From: a virus
Taxonomy: Duplodnaviria; Caudoviricetes
Reading direction: 5' to 3' (one strand)
Length of the DNA stretch: 27,053 nucleotides
Virus record (IMG/VR): IMGVR_UViG_3300005326_000112
Coordinates: 1 to 27,053 of that record
This document shows, piece after piece, positions 6,153-15,123 of the stretch. A program made the position numbers and the translations under genes. Numbering within the stretch: position 1 is the first letter of the stretch; the number at the start of each line of letters is the position of its first letter. The notes beneath the pieces were generated by a model that worked only from the letters and a program-made list of their open reading frames with translations, had not been told where the DNA came from and did not search any database.

Positions 6153-8254
6153 TGTGGCTAAAGAATTTCGGAAAGGCTATCGAGGAAAGGACTGCTCAAG
6201 CCTTTTCCGCATGGCATTTCCGAGCGGAAAAAGCGGCGGCCTCTATCAAGTCGATGCTTCTGGATATGTTTCAGCATCGATTCATGACGCCTCCTCGAAA
6301 GACCGCAGCCGAATGGACGAAAACACATAATACCGCACCGTGGATATTCGCAGCCGTGCGGCCGATTGCCGACACTATTTCGGGATCGGAGTTGGAATTT
6401 TACGATGGTGACAAATCACTGCCGGCAAATCATTTCGCAGCGACGGCGATGCACGCGAATCCTTTCTTTTCGCAACATGATCTGCTATATCTGGCGGTGC
6501 TACACTTCTTCGCTCCTGGCGAATTCTTCTGGGTTGCTGAGCGTCGCAACAATGGCGAGCCTTTTATGTGGTGGCCACTGCCGCCACACTGGGTACGTGA
6601 CCGGCCCAGCATCAATCGTCCCTGGTTCCGTGTCCAATTCATGGGACATGGGTTCGGCGGGGCAACATGGGACGTGCCGGCAGAAAATATATTGTGGTGC
6701 AAGAATTGCGACCCATTCGACCCTTACGGCCCTGGCGTGGGCCGCGCGGAGTCGGCGGGTGACGAGGTGCAGATATACGAGTACGCTACGAAATACAACG
6801 CGAACTTCTTTTTGAGTTCCGCTCGTCCCGATGCCGTTCTCGAATATCCACCGGACGTAAATTTTGACGAGGAGAAAGTCGAGAAAATTCGGGAGAAATG
6901 GGCAGAACGGTATCAGGGATTCTGGAAATCGTTCAAGCCCGCCGTATTGCATAGCGGAATGAAAGTCCATCTTCTGGACACGACCCGCAAGGACATGGAT
7001 TTTGTGGAGGGGATGCGGTATTCGAGTGAGGTAATCTCCGCCGTCATTGGCACGCCTAAGAGCATAATGGGTCTGCTCGCTGATAGCAATCGCAGCAACA
7101 GTGAGGCTGCCGAGTATATTTTCTCGAAATATACGGTGTATCCCATTTATGATGCCATTGAGCGGGCCATCAACCGGATGCTGCAGCCCATTTATGGAGC
7201 AATGTTTCGCGCGAGATTCAAGCGTCCGCCACTGCGGGACAAGGAATTCGAGCACAAGGAGGCGCTGGAATCTCTGCGAGAAGGCGCCATCACCGTCCAG
7301 CGTTATCACGAACTTCATGGATGGGAGGCTCCGCCGGACTCGGAGTATTACCTCGTGCCCCGAGGGCGAATCGCTGTGCGGACATTTTCGGAAGTGCCGA
7401 TTAGCCTGCAGCCTGCATTGCCCGCTCTGCCCCCTGCCAAGGCGCAGCAGAAAGCCTTCCCCATCGTGCACAAGGAGGCAGAAGAACAGGCATTCATCGA
7501 TGCCGTCCTCTTCGACGTGAAGCAAGCAACCGAGACGTTCCTGGCGGCAATGGCTCCTCCATACAAGGCCGCGCTGACAAGTGCGGGCGAGGCAGCAATC
7601 GCAGAGATAGACGTGCCCATCGTTTTTAACGTCGATAATCCGCACGTCAAGACATTCCTGGCCGAGCTCGAATCCCGCATTGGCGGCGTCGGCGAGGAGA
7701 CATACGGCCGCATCAAGGATACACTCCTTGATGGATATCGCAAGGGCGAGGGTGTCTCCGAGATGATGGACCGGATCGAGCATGAGATGAGCATCGCAAA
7801 AGGATGGCGCTCAGAGAATATCGCCCGCACGGAGATGACAGGTGCGCTCAATGGTGGTGCACTCTATGGATATGAGCAGGCGGGCGTGCCGTACAAGGGC
7901 TGGCTCGCCACAGATGATGAGCGAACAAGAGCTTCACATAGTGATGCGGAGGCCCGATATTTGACGCAGCCGATTCCAGTGACGGAGAATTTCATTGTCG
8001 GCGGCGCTGTCGGCCCTTGCCCGGGCCGTATGAGCAGCGCGAAGGAATCGTGCTCCTGTCGCTGCACCATCCTCCCGATGTTCGAGGAGGATCTGCCGAA
8101 GAAGACATTCACGCCCGATGAGAAGCGGGAGCGGGACGAGCGATTCCGCAAGGCGCTTGATCCACAAGAAAAGAAAATGGCGGGCATTGTGCGGGGCCTG
8201 TTCGCAGTGCAGGAGGAAAAACTCAAGGCGAATCTGCAGAGGTACTTCGCATGA
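6149..8254 (+). CDS. HK97-type portal protein fused to a Mu gpF-like minor head domain
   Basis: Portal motifs (FF..SARPDAVL, KPAVLHSGM, KDMDFVE, SNRSNSE); MuF motifs IARTE, KGWLATDDERTRASH, CRCT. Confidence 0.92.
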   Translation: MMWLKNFGKAIEERTAQAFSAWHFRAEKAAASIKSMLLDMFQHRFMTPPRKTAAEWTKTHNTAPWIFAAVRPIADTISGSELEFYDGDKSLPANHFAATAMHANPFFSQHDLLYLAVLHFFAPGEFFWVAERRNNGEPFMWWPLPPHWVRDRPSINRPWFRVQFMGHGFGGATWDVPAENILWCKNCDPFDPYGPGVGRAESAGDEVQIYEYATKYNANFFLSSARPDAVLEYPPDVNFDEEKVEKIREKWAERYQGFWKSFKPAVLHSGMKVHLLDTTRKDMDFVEGMRYSSEVISAVIGTPKSIMGLLADSNRSNSEAAEYIFSKYTVYPIYDAIERAINRMLQPIYGAMFRARFKRPPLRDKEFEHKEALESLREGAITVQRYHELHGWEAPPDSEYYLVPRGRIAVRTFSEVPISLQPALPALPPAKAQQKAFPIVHKEAEEQAFIDAVLFDVKQATETFLAAMAPPYKAALTSAGEAAIAEIDVPIVFNVDNPHVKTFLAELESRIGGVGEETYGRIKDTLLDGYRKGEGVSEMMDRIEHEMSIAKGWRSENIARTEMTGALNGGALYGYEQAGVPYKGWLATDDERTRASHSDAEARYLTQPIPVTENFIVGGAVGPCPGRMSSAKESCSCRCTILPMFEEDLPKKTFTPDEKRERDERFRKALDPQEKKMAGIVRGLFAVQEEKLKANLQRYFA

Positions 8255-8631
8255 TCATCAACTTCAAATCCGATATGACTTTCGAGCTCAAGACAACGGC
8301 GGGAAGCGCATTGATCGAGCAAATGCGATCCGGGGCGAGTATCTGCTGTGGCATTGAGTTTAACGGCGTGGGCACAAGCGGCGACGAGCTCATCATCAAT
8401 GCCCTCGAATTCGCCGGAATCAACTCCATCACGCGTAGCGAGGATGGCAAATATCGATGGAAACTGCAGGGCGTTGATGGGCGAGAATACGAAGCCGTGA
8501 TGGCACTTCTCGAAGGTACTCCACAAATTATTGAAACCCCGAAGATTCAGGCGCGGTATTTCATGGAGATCCATGGCGGGATTGCGCGATTCGGTGAACA
8601 GCGTGAAATTGGGAGACTATCAAGCAGATAA
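8251..8631 (+). CDS. Hypothetical protein in the head module
   Basis: ATGA overlap with the portal gene; fills the gap to the protease. Confidence 0.65.
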   Translation: MIINFKSDMTFELKTTAGSALIEQMRSGASICCGIEFNGVGTSGDELIINALEFAGINSITRSEDGKYRWKLQGVDGREYEAVMALLEGTPQIIETPKIQARYFMEIHGGIARFGEQREIGRLSSR

Positions 8632-8643
8632 AGGAGACAGGAA

Positions 8644-9681
8644 ATGCTTTACGCCAAGGGATTGATTGTATCCAGAAAAGAAAATTCCAATCCATCTGAG
8701 TCCGAAATTTTTACCTTCCGGTTCACCAGTGAAGTAATTGACCGGATGGAAGAAATTGTCGAGATGGATGGATGGGAATTCGCCAATTTCATGCTTAATG
8801 CGGTTTTCCTGGCCGTCCACGACTACAGAAAGTTTCCCATTGGAAAAGTTCTTGCCGTTTACAAAATATCTGATAGCTATTACTGTGACGTAGTATTCGA
8901 TCTCAAGGACCCTCTGGGCGAGATGGCAGCGCACAAGTATCGCAATAAATTTCTTAACGCCGTAAGCGTGGGTTTCAAGTCTCTCGAAATCGTTATGCCA
9001 ACGAAGGATGGAGAATTCTTGCGCCACAAAAGAAAGGAACTCCTGGAGATTTCTGCGGTGCCCGTTCCTGCGAATCCCGAGGCTCTCATGCAACGGGGGA
9101 TCGACGACGAAACATATCACGCCATCGCCCTGATGATGAGGGGCCTCGATGCGCAACAACTAGAGGCCGTGACTGATGATGGCAGGGCGATTTCCATGAG
9201 GGCGGGCGAATCGCAGGCCCTCATTCATGGCGACACCGAAGAATTCGCTGTCGGTCTTTCCCTTCCCAAGGCTGAATACGACGCCCTTCTGAAGTACGGC
9301 GACGGCCCCGCCGCGTGGCTCTCCAATATCGAGAGCCTGAAGGCGCTCGCCGATCATCTCCGCAGCGTGGTCGAGGAGAAGAAACTCGGCAAGGGCAAGC
9401 GCGCTGAGCTCACCGATATCGCCGAAACGATGGACAAGAAATATAAGGCGCTTGCTTCCGCCTGCGATGACCTCGTGGAAAAGTGCCGTGACCGGCTGCA
9501 GAAGATGCTCGATGATATGATGATGCCGGAAGAGGAAGAGGAGCCCAAGGCGGCTACCATTCCGTTCGATGCGGAGGGATTTTTGAAGGCGTTGGGCGCC
9601 GAAATGGATCTACGCAATGAACCCCTCGACATCAATCTCGAAGTTCTTCTGGACGCTTTTCAAGACGCCATAAAATCGTAA
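8644..9681 (+). CDS. HK97-family prohead protease with a long C-terminal extension
   Basis: LAVHD..PIGK, LNAVSVGF, ELLEISAVPVPANPEAL; SD AAGGAG. Confidence 0.93.
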   Translation: MLYAKGLIVSRKENSNPSESEIFTFRFTSEVIDRMEEIVEMDGWEFANFMLNAVFLAVHDYRKFPIGKVLAVYKISDSYYCDVVFDLKDPLGEMAAHKYRNKFLNAVSVGFKSLEIVMPTKDGEFLRHKRKELLEISAVPVPANPEALMQRGIDDETYHAIALMMRGLDAQQLEAVTDDGRAISMRAGESQALIHGDTEEFAVGLSLPKAEYDALLKYGDGPAAWLSNIESLKALADHLRSVVEEKKLGKGKRAELTDIAETMDKKYKALASACDDLVEKCRDRLQKMLDDMMMPEEEEEPKAATIPFDAEGFLKALGAEMDLRNEPLDINLEVLLDAFQDAIKS

Positions 9682-9706
9682 ATTCTCACATCACCAAGGC
9701 AACGAT

Positions 9707-9728
9707 AACCGCAGCAATGCGGTTTTTT
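9707..9728 (+). terminator. Intrinsic terminator-like hairpin before the capsid gene
   Basis: AACCGCA-GCAA-TGCGGTT followed by TTTT. Confidence 0.7.
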
Positions 9729-9761
9729 GTTACGCAAAGCAAATCTGAAAGGAGCACAAAT

Positions 9762-10970
9762 ATGGACATGAAAGAACTCGCCAAGGCAGTCATCGACGGC
9801 ATTATGCCGCAGATAGACGCCAAGATTGAAGCGGCCAATAAGGTGCATGACGAAACGCCGGCGCCCAGCATCATGAGGGCCGCTGCCGCCCCCATCGAGG
9901 GACCGACGGTCATCAACAAGATGGACGATAAGCCCGTCTCGCGGTTCGCGCGCATCGTCATCGCGAAGGCTCTGTCGGCACAGTACAAGCAACCCCTCGA
10001 GGTCATCATCCCGAAGCTTTATCCTCGAGACGAGGTGCTCAAGGCATCGGTGAGTGGGCTCACAATGTCCTCTGGCGCTGCGCTCATCAGCGAAGCGTTT
10101 TCCTCGGAGGTCATCGAGTATCTGCGCCAGGAATCGCAGGTGCGCAAAGCCGGATTCCGCACGATGCCCATGCCGAAGGGAAATATGACCATCCCTGGGT
10201 TCAACGCGGGCGCAACCGCCTCGTACGGCAGCGAGGCCACGACGCACGGCAGCACAAGGCCGACTTTCCGACAGATAGCGCTGTCCTCGAAGAAACTCAT
10301 CGCCATCATCCCGGTGGGCAATGACCTCGTGGAAAACGCGGATGCAGACGCCGAGGCAATCATCAGAGACGACGCTGTGGCTGCCATCGCCGAAATCGAA
10401 GAGGCAGCATTCCTGCGGTATGACGGCACGAGCAACAAACCCAAGGGCCTCCTGTCGCTCACGAACGCGAACAATCTCATAGCGGCGAACGGAACGGTCA
10501 ATGTGACCAATGTCGCCACGGACCTCGGTAAGCTGCCCTATTACCTCGAGAAAAACAAGGTCAGTCCGCGTCAGGGCGTATGGTTCATCAGTCCGCGCAG
10601 CAAATTCTATTTCATGACGGCGCGGGACGCGAACTCGAACCTAGTGTTCGCCGACGAAATGGCCAAGGGTACGCTTCACGGCTATCCGTATTTCGTCACG
10701 ACATCGATACCAGACAACGTGACTTACGGGGGCAACAACGATACCTCTGAGGTGTATTTCGTCGATGCCCGTCACGCCATCATCGCCGACGAGAAGGTGA
10801 TGGAGGTCGAGGTATTCCCCGGCGGCACGTACTACGACAGTGATTCCGCGGCTCTCGTGAGCGGCATCAGCGCCGACTTGAATATCGTGCGCGTCATATC
10901 GAAGCATGACTTCGCTCTGCGCCACGACCTCGCATGTGCCATCCTCCAGGGCGTGCGCTGGGGCGCATAA
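9762..10970 (+). CDS. Major capsid protein, HK97 fold
   Basis: SD AAAGGAG then ATG 9762; GAALISEAFSSEVIEYLR, DGTSNKPKGL, TLHGYP, HDFALRH. Confidence 0.95.
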   Translation: MDMKELAKAVIDGIMPQIDAKIEAANKVHDETPAPSIMRAAAAPIEGPTVINKMDDKPVSRFARIVIAKALSAQYKQPLEVIIPKLYPRDEVLKASVSGLTMSSGAALISEAFSSEVIEYLRQESQVRKAGFRTMPMPKGNMTIPGFNAGATASYGSEATTHGSTRPTFRQIALSSKKLIAIIPVGNDLVENADADAEAIIRDDAVAAIAEIEEAAFLRYDGTSNKPKGLLSLTNANNLIAANGTVNVTNVATDLGKLPYYLEKNKVSPRQGVWFISPRSKFYFMTARDANSNLVFADEMAKGTLHGYPYFVTTSIPDNVTYGGNNDTSEVYFVDARHAIIADEKVMEVEVFPGGTYYDSDSAALVSGISADLNIVRVISKHDFALRHDLACAILQGVRWGA

Positions 10971-10988
10971 TCACAATCTGACGTAACT

Positions 10989-11019
10989 GAGCGGGCGGGC
11001 GTCCCCCGCCTGCTCCTTG
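10989..11019 (+). terminator. GC-rich hairpin after the capsid gene
   Basis: GAGCGGGCGGG-CGTCC-CCCGCCTGCTC with a weak U tail. Confidence 0.55.
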
Positions 11020-11040
11020 TAAATTCGAAAGGAGAAAAAA

Positions 11041-11460
11041 ATGTTGATCAAGCGAAACATCGGAGCATACATCAGCCCCCGCGTGGGCACGACTCCGCAG
11101 GCGGCCGCGGCCGCGGTAACCGGCACTGGCCTCGACCGTAAGGGATTCGCGTCCTGCGTGCTGTTTGTCGAGGCGGGGCAAAAAGGCGGCGACGTGGAGC
11201 CCACCACGTTTTCCCTTGCGGGAAAACTCCAGCAGTCCAGCGACAACGGCGACGCAGACGCGTATGCTGATATCACCGACGCCGCCATCACGGCCATCAC
11301 GGCCGAGGATGGCTCCGCACAGGTAGACGTCGATCTCACCGGATGCGAGCGGTACATCAGGGCAGTTCTCACGCCCGCTTTCGTCGGCGGGACCAATCCG
11401 ACATTGCTTTGTAATTCCGCTATCGTACTCGGCGGAGCGGACGCGCTGCCCACCACGTAA
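11041..11460 (+). CDS. Putative capsid decoration/cement protein
   Basis: Follows the capsid gene; GLDRKGF..KLQQSSD..YAD..RYIRAV jelly-roll-like pattern; SD AAAGGAG. Confidence 0.7.
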   Translation: MLIKRNIGAYISPRVGTTPQAAAAAVTGTGLDRKGFASCVLFVEAGQKGGDVEPTTFSLAGKLQQSSDNGDADAYADITDAAITAITAEDGSAQVDVDLTGCERYIRAVLTPAFVGGTNPTLLCNSAIVLGGADALPTT

Positions 11461-11477
11461 TTCCAGGAGGCACAATC

Positions 11478-11684
11478 ATGCTGTACAAGGTTACGGCCAC
11501 ATTCGGCCCCTACAACAAGGGCGAAATCGTGTCATTTACGCCCGAGCAGGCGCAGAGACACGGCAGGGCGCTTGAGCCCTACGCAATTTTGCCTCCCATC
11601 GAAGTGGAGGCATACGAGGACCGCCAGATATCCGTTCCTCCCAAGGACAGGATGTTGCGCGGCCCAGGGCGCCCCAGGAAGTAA
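11478..11684 (+). CDS. Small head-associated protein
   Basis: SD AGGAGG; GPYNKGEIVSF and PKDRM..GRPRK patterns typical of small post-capsid genes. Confidence 0.7.
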   Translation: MLYKVTATFGPYNKGEIVSFTPEQAQRHGRALEPYAILPPIEVEAYEDRQISVPPKDRMLRGPGRPRK

Positions 11685-11689
11685 AAAGC

Positions 11690-11715
11690 AGGGGCGGTGA
11701 AAGCCCGCCCCTTTT
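11690..11715 (+). terminator. Intrinsic terminator
   Basis: AGGGGCGG-TGAAAGC-CCGCCCCT followed by TTT. Confidence 0.7.
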
Positions 11716-11744
11716 CTCAAGTTTCGAAAGGAGTTGAATTACTC

Positions 11745-14162
11745 GTGAAATACGCAATCACTCTTCTGATAGCATTCATTCTCGTTCTCGGGCTCACGCT
11801 CGGAGCGATGGCCGATTACGGCCCGGGTTACTGGGAGCAGCAGACCCGCAGCAGCAACACCGTACAGGAGCTCAGTGGGCCTCTCGGATGCAAGCCCATC
11901 TTCCTTGTGACTCCCAGCACGAGCACGAACGCGACGCTGTTCATGCAGAACATTGCTGGCGATTTGTATCTGATGGATAACGCTTTCTATACGAGCGCAT
12001 CGGCATGGTCGTGCTCGCAGAGTGCGAAGAAAAATCTCGCGTTCGCGATGGATCTCACCAACGGCGCGTTTAAGTGGAACTACGCGGCGGCCGGAGCGAC
12101 CCCCTCATTCGCTCAGGTGATGGGCCTTTCGAGCGCCGGTGCCCTCACCGTGGGGGCATCCCTCGATAGGCTCGTGGCCGGCACTCTGTCCCTTGGGACG
12201 ACGACCGCCAACGCAATCACCATCGGCAGCACGGGCGTAACGACCACGAATGCCGGCGCTCTCACGAGCACGCAGACGCTCACGGCGACCGCTGCGGCAG
12301 CTTTCAACGGCGATACCGACATCGGCAACGCTGCGACCGATACCCTCACAATCACGGCAGCAATCGATTCGGATGTGGCATTCCTGAAAGAGGTCAACCG
12401 CGATTTAGGTATCGCCGCATCAACCACGGCCGCAACCGTCGGCGCAAATCTTACGGTTCACGCCGGCGATGGTACAGCGGGCGCAGCGAATAATGGCGGC
12501 AATCTTGTGCTGCGAGCTGGCAATTCGGGTGCGGGCGGTACCGATGGTATCGTGCAACTCGGCGCGACGAATACGAGCGCTCTCACAATCGGCGCCACCG
12601 GAATTCTCACGACGATGCCAGGCAGCCTCACCGTCACGCAGACGCTCACGGGTACGCTGACGGGGAATGCCGACACGGCGACGACGGCCACCAACGCGAC
12701 GAACGTGGGCGTTACCGATGACACCACCACGGCGGCAACGATGTATCCCGTATGGGTGACGGCGAACACCGGCAATCTTCCCGCCAATGTGACGAGCACG
12801 AAGCTCTCATATAATCCAAGTACGGGGATGCTCTCCTCGACCGGATTCACGGGCGCTCTCACCGGCAACGCTGATACCGTCACGAACGGGCTCTATAGCA
12901 ACGTTGATGTATCGTTTCTGAAGGAAGTCAATCGCACTGTCAAGATCGCAGCCAGCACCACGGCTGATACGGCCGGTGCAAACCTGACGGTCCAGGCAGC
13001 GGATGGTGTCGGAACCGGCGCAGGCGGCGATCTTGCCCTCGACGCTGGCTCCGGACCGGGCGCTGGCGACGATGGCAATGTTATCATCGGGGGCGCAAAC
13101 ACCTTAGCAATCAAGCTCAAGGTTGACACGAAACTCGATGACGCAAGAGCAATTGTTTTCGGGACGGGCGCCGATGTAAACATCGAGTATGACGGTACCG
13201 ACAACGCTCTCGATGAGGCTCTCGGCGCGGCATCTCACTCGTCGAACATCATCCTCACTGCAACCGCTCAATGCACAGAGGGAATGGCTATCACCGTCAA
13301 TAGCACGACCGTAGCAGATGCTGCGGCCAATGCAAAAGACGCGATGGGCATCTGTCGCGTGGCGGCCGCAGGGGCCGCACCGGCGACTATTGCAGTGCAG
13401 GGCAGCGTTCCCGCCGTAACGGATGCTGTTATCGATATAAATCGGCCGCTCAAGGCTTGCACCGGCGGTCGCGTCGGCGAGGCCATTGACAGCACGAATG
13501 CAAGCAGAGAAATATCAAGTACCACGGGCGGCGATTTCGCCAACCAGCCTGCGAACGACAGCGTCACCATCGTTTCGGATTCCGCGCTCGACGTGCAGAA
13601 CGCAACGATTTACGGTACCACGAATGGCACTGACAATGTGGTTACTGAGGTTATCGCCATCACTGGCGTGGGCCCTGTGGTGACCACAAAAGTGGACTGG
13701 GGCGAGATACTCGGTATCGAGCTCGATGCTGCCGCAAACGGAACTATTACATTCAGCGAGACCTCCGGCGGATTGGCCATTACCACGATCACAGTGGGCA
13801 ATTCGTCGAAGGGCGTTTTCACTGTCGTTACGACGGCCGGTGCCAATAGAGCATTCAATGCCCTGCCGTTCATTGTGGCCGATGCGGGCACCACGAAACA
13901 GATGGGCGTAGTGGGGACGAATGTCGATTATTCGGCACTCGGAAGCAATTCGAAAAACCTCAATGGAGCCACGGCAGTGCCTCTCGCCACGGCGATGAAT
14001 ACCGTGACGAAGCTCCTTGTGGGCGATGTTGAAGCGGCGCGCACCGTGTATCTGAAAGTAAGAGCCACCGACGATGATACCGAGCTCATCATCGGTCGCA
14101 GCCTCGAGGCCGCAACAGCCAAGGACCAGACCAAGAGGATCCTCCTCGAAAAAGGTCACTAG
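11745..14162 (+). CDS. Large Thr/Ala/Gly-rich head fibre/decoration-like protein with predicted signal peptide (805 aa)
   Basis: GTG start with SD AAAGGAG at 11727-11733; MKYAITLLIAFILVLGLTLGAMA; fibre-like repeats LTGNADT twice and DV.FLKEVNR twice; C-terminal IGRSLEAAT motif. Confidence 0.75.
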   Translation: MKYAITLLIAFILVLGLTLGAMADYGPGYWEQQTRSSNTVQELSGPLGCKPIFLVTPSTSTNATLFMQNIAGDLYLMDNAFYTSASAWSCSQSAKKNLAFAMDLTNGAFKWNYAAAGATPSFAQVMGLSSAGALTVGASLDRLVAGTLSLGTTTANAITIGSTGVTTTNAGALTSTQTLTATAAAAFNGDTDIGNAATDTLTITAAIDSDVAFLKEVNRDLGIAASTTAATVGANLTVHAGDGTAGAANNGGNLVLRAGNSGAGGTDGIVQLGATNTSALTIGATGILTTMPGSLTVTQTLTGTLTGNADTATTATNATNVGVTDDTTTAATMYPVWVTANTGNLPANVTSTKLSYNPSTGMLSSTGFTGALTGNADTVTNGLYSNVDVSFLKEVNRTVKIAASTTADTAGANLTVQAADGVGTGAGGDLALDAGSGPGAGDDGNVIIGGANTLAIKLKVDTKLDDARAIVFGTGADVNIEYDGTDNALDEALGAASHSSNIILTATAQCTEGMAITVNSTTVADAAANAKDAMGICRVAAAGAAPATIAVQGSVPAVTDAVIDINRPLKACTGGRVGEAIDSTNASREISSTTGGDFANQPANDSVTIVSDSALDVQNATIYGTTNGTDNVVTEVIAITGVGPVVTTKVDWGEILGIELDAAANGTITFSETSGGLAITTITVGNSSKGVFTVVTTAGANRAFNALPFIVADAGTTKQMGVVGTNVDYSALGSNSKNLNGATAVPLATAMNTVTKLLVGDVEAARTVYLKVRATDDDTELIIGRSLEAATAKDQTKRILLEKGH

Positions 14163-14223
14163 ATTTCACGCCTGGGCGGGGCTTCGTACCGCCCTCTGAA
14201 TTTCACTTCCGAGGAGCGATTGA

Positions 14224-15123
14224 ATGTCTCTCTCTGTGAACGCACTCACCACAATAGCTCGAGCTGAAACCCTTCTGGGCCTCACCGCTGGCGCGCAGGA
14301 CGCGCTACTCGAAATGCTTATTGATAGCGTGAGCGCACGCGTCGAATCATATTGTGCACGGCATTTTCGCAAGCAGGTGTTCACGGAGAAATATGAGGGC
14401 CACGGGCGGCAGAAGCTCTATCTCAACGAATGGCCCATCATCAATCAGAGCACATATCCCACGGTGACCGTAGATGATACTGCCTATGTTGAGGGCGAGG
14501 ATGATGATTACATTGTCTTCGCCGGCGACAGTGAGGGTGAGAATTACCTTTTTCGCGACAGCGGATGGACAGAGACGAAATACTACCGGCAGGACACGCT
14601 CTGCCCCACTGACCGTGACCCGAATTCGCACGATCCAAACATCGACGTGACGTATCTTGCGGGATATGTTACGCCGCAATACGTGAGCCGGACCGTAAGC
14701 ACGGCAACCATCGCTGCCGGCTCAAGCAAGATCATCACCGTGCCAAGCGTTTATGCCTTGGCCGTGGGCGATACTGTGACGCTATCGAGCACGGGGGCAG
14801 CGGGCCCGCCCATCGTCGCTGCGGCATCTGAATCCTGCACTATCAGCGCAATTCCCTCCAGCACGACGATTACGCTAACGACCGTGGCGAACGCTCATGC
14901 GGGGACCATTACCCTGGCCACGACAAGAACGTTTCCTTACGACCTTGAGGAGGCCGTCATCCAGCTCATCGGACTCAAAATGACGCAGCGCACGACGCGA
15001 GGTATCGTGAGCGAAAAGACGCCTGGCGGGTATCAGGTACAGTATGCGCCCGCGGGCGAGCTCGGGGCGATTCCTGCGGATATCAAGGCGGCGCTCGACT
15101 ATTATCGGAGAGTTTCGATATGA
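14224..15123 (+). CDS. Head-tail adaptor (HK97 gp6/SPP1 gp15-like) with an inserted beta domain
   Basis: ALTT..ETLLG..DALLEMLIDSVSARVESYCARHF, VTYLAGY, PYDLEEAV, IPADIKAALDYYRR. Confidence 0.88.
   Translation: MSLSVNALTTIARAETLLGLTAGAQDALLEMLIDSVSARVESYCARHFRKQVFTEKYEGHGRQKLYLNEWPIINQSTYPTVTVDDTAYVEGEDDDYIVFAGDSEGENYLFRDSGWTETKYYRQDTLCPTDRDPNSHDPNIDVTYLAGYVTPQYVSRTVSTATIAAGSSKIITVPSVYALAVGDTVTLSSTGAAGPPIVAAASESCTISAIPSSTTITLTTVANAHAGTITLATTRTFPYDLEEAVIQLIGLKMTQRTTRGIVSEKTPGGYQVQYAPAGELGAIPADIKAALDYYRRVSI

Noticed and set aside
6500-7783. Long minus-strand ORFs (427 aa here; also 17459-18574 and others)
   Set aside because: Antisense to well-supported structural genes, as expected in GC-rich coding DNA.
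12372-13010. Duplicated fibre segments as a DGR template/variable repeat pair
   Set aside because: Both copies are in-frame coding, differences are not adenine-specific, and no reverse transcriptase is in the window.
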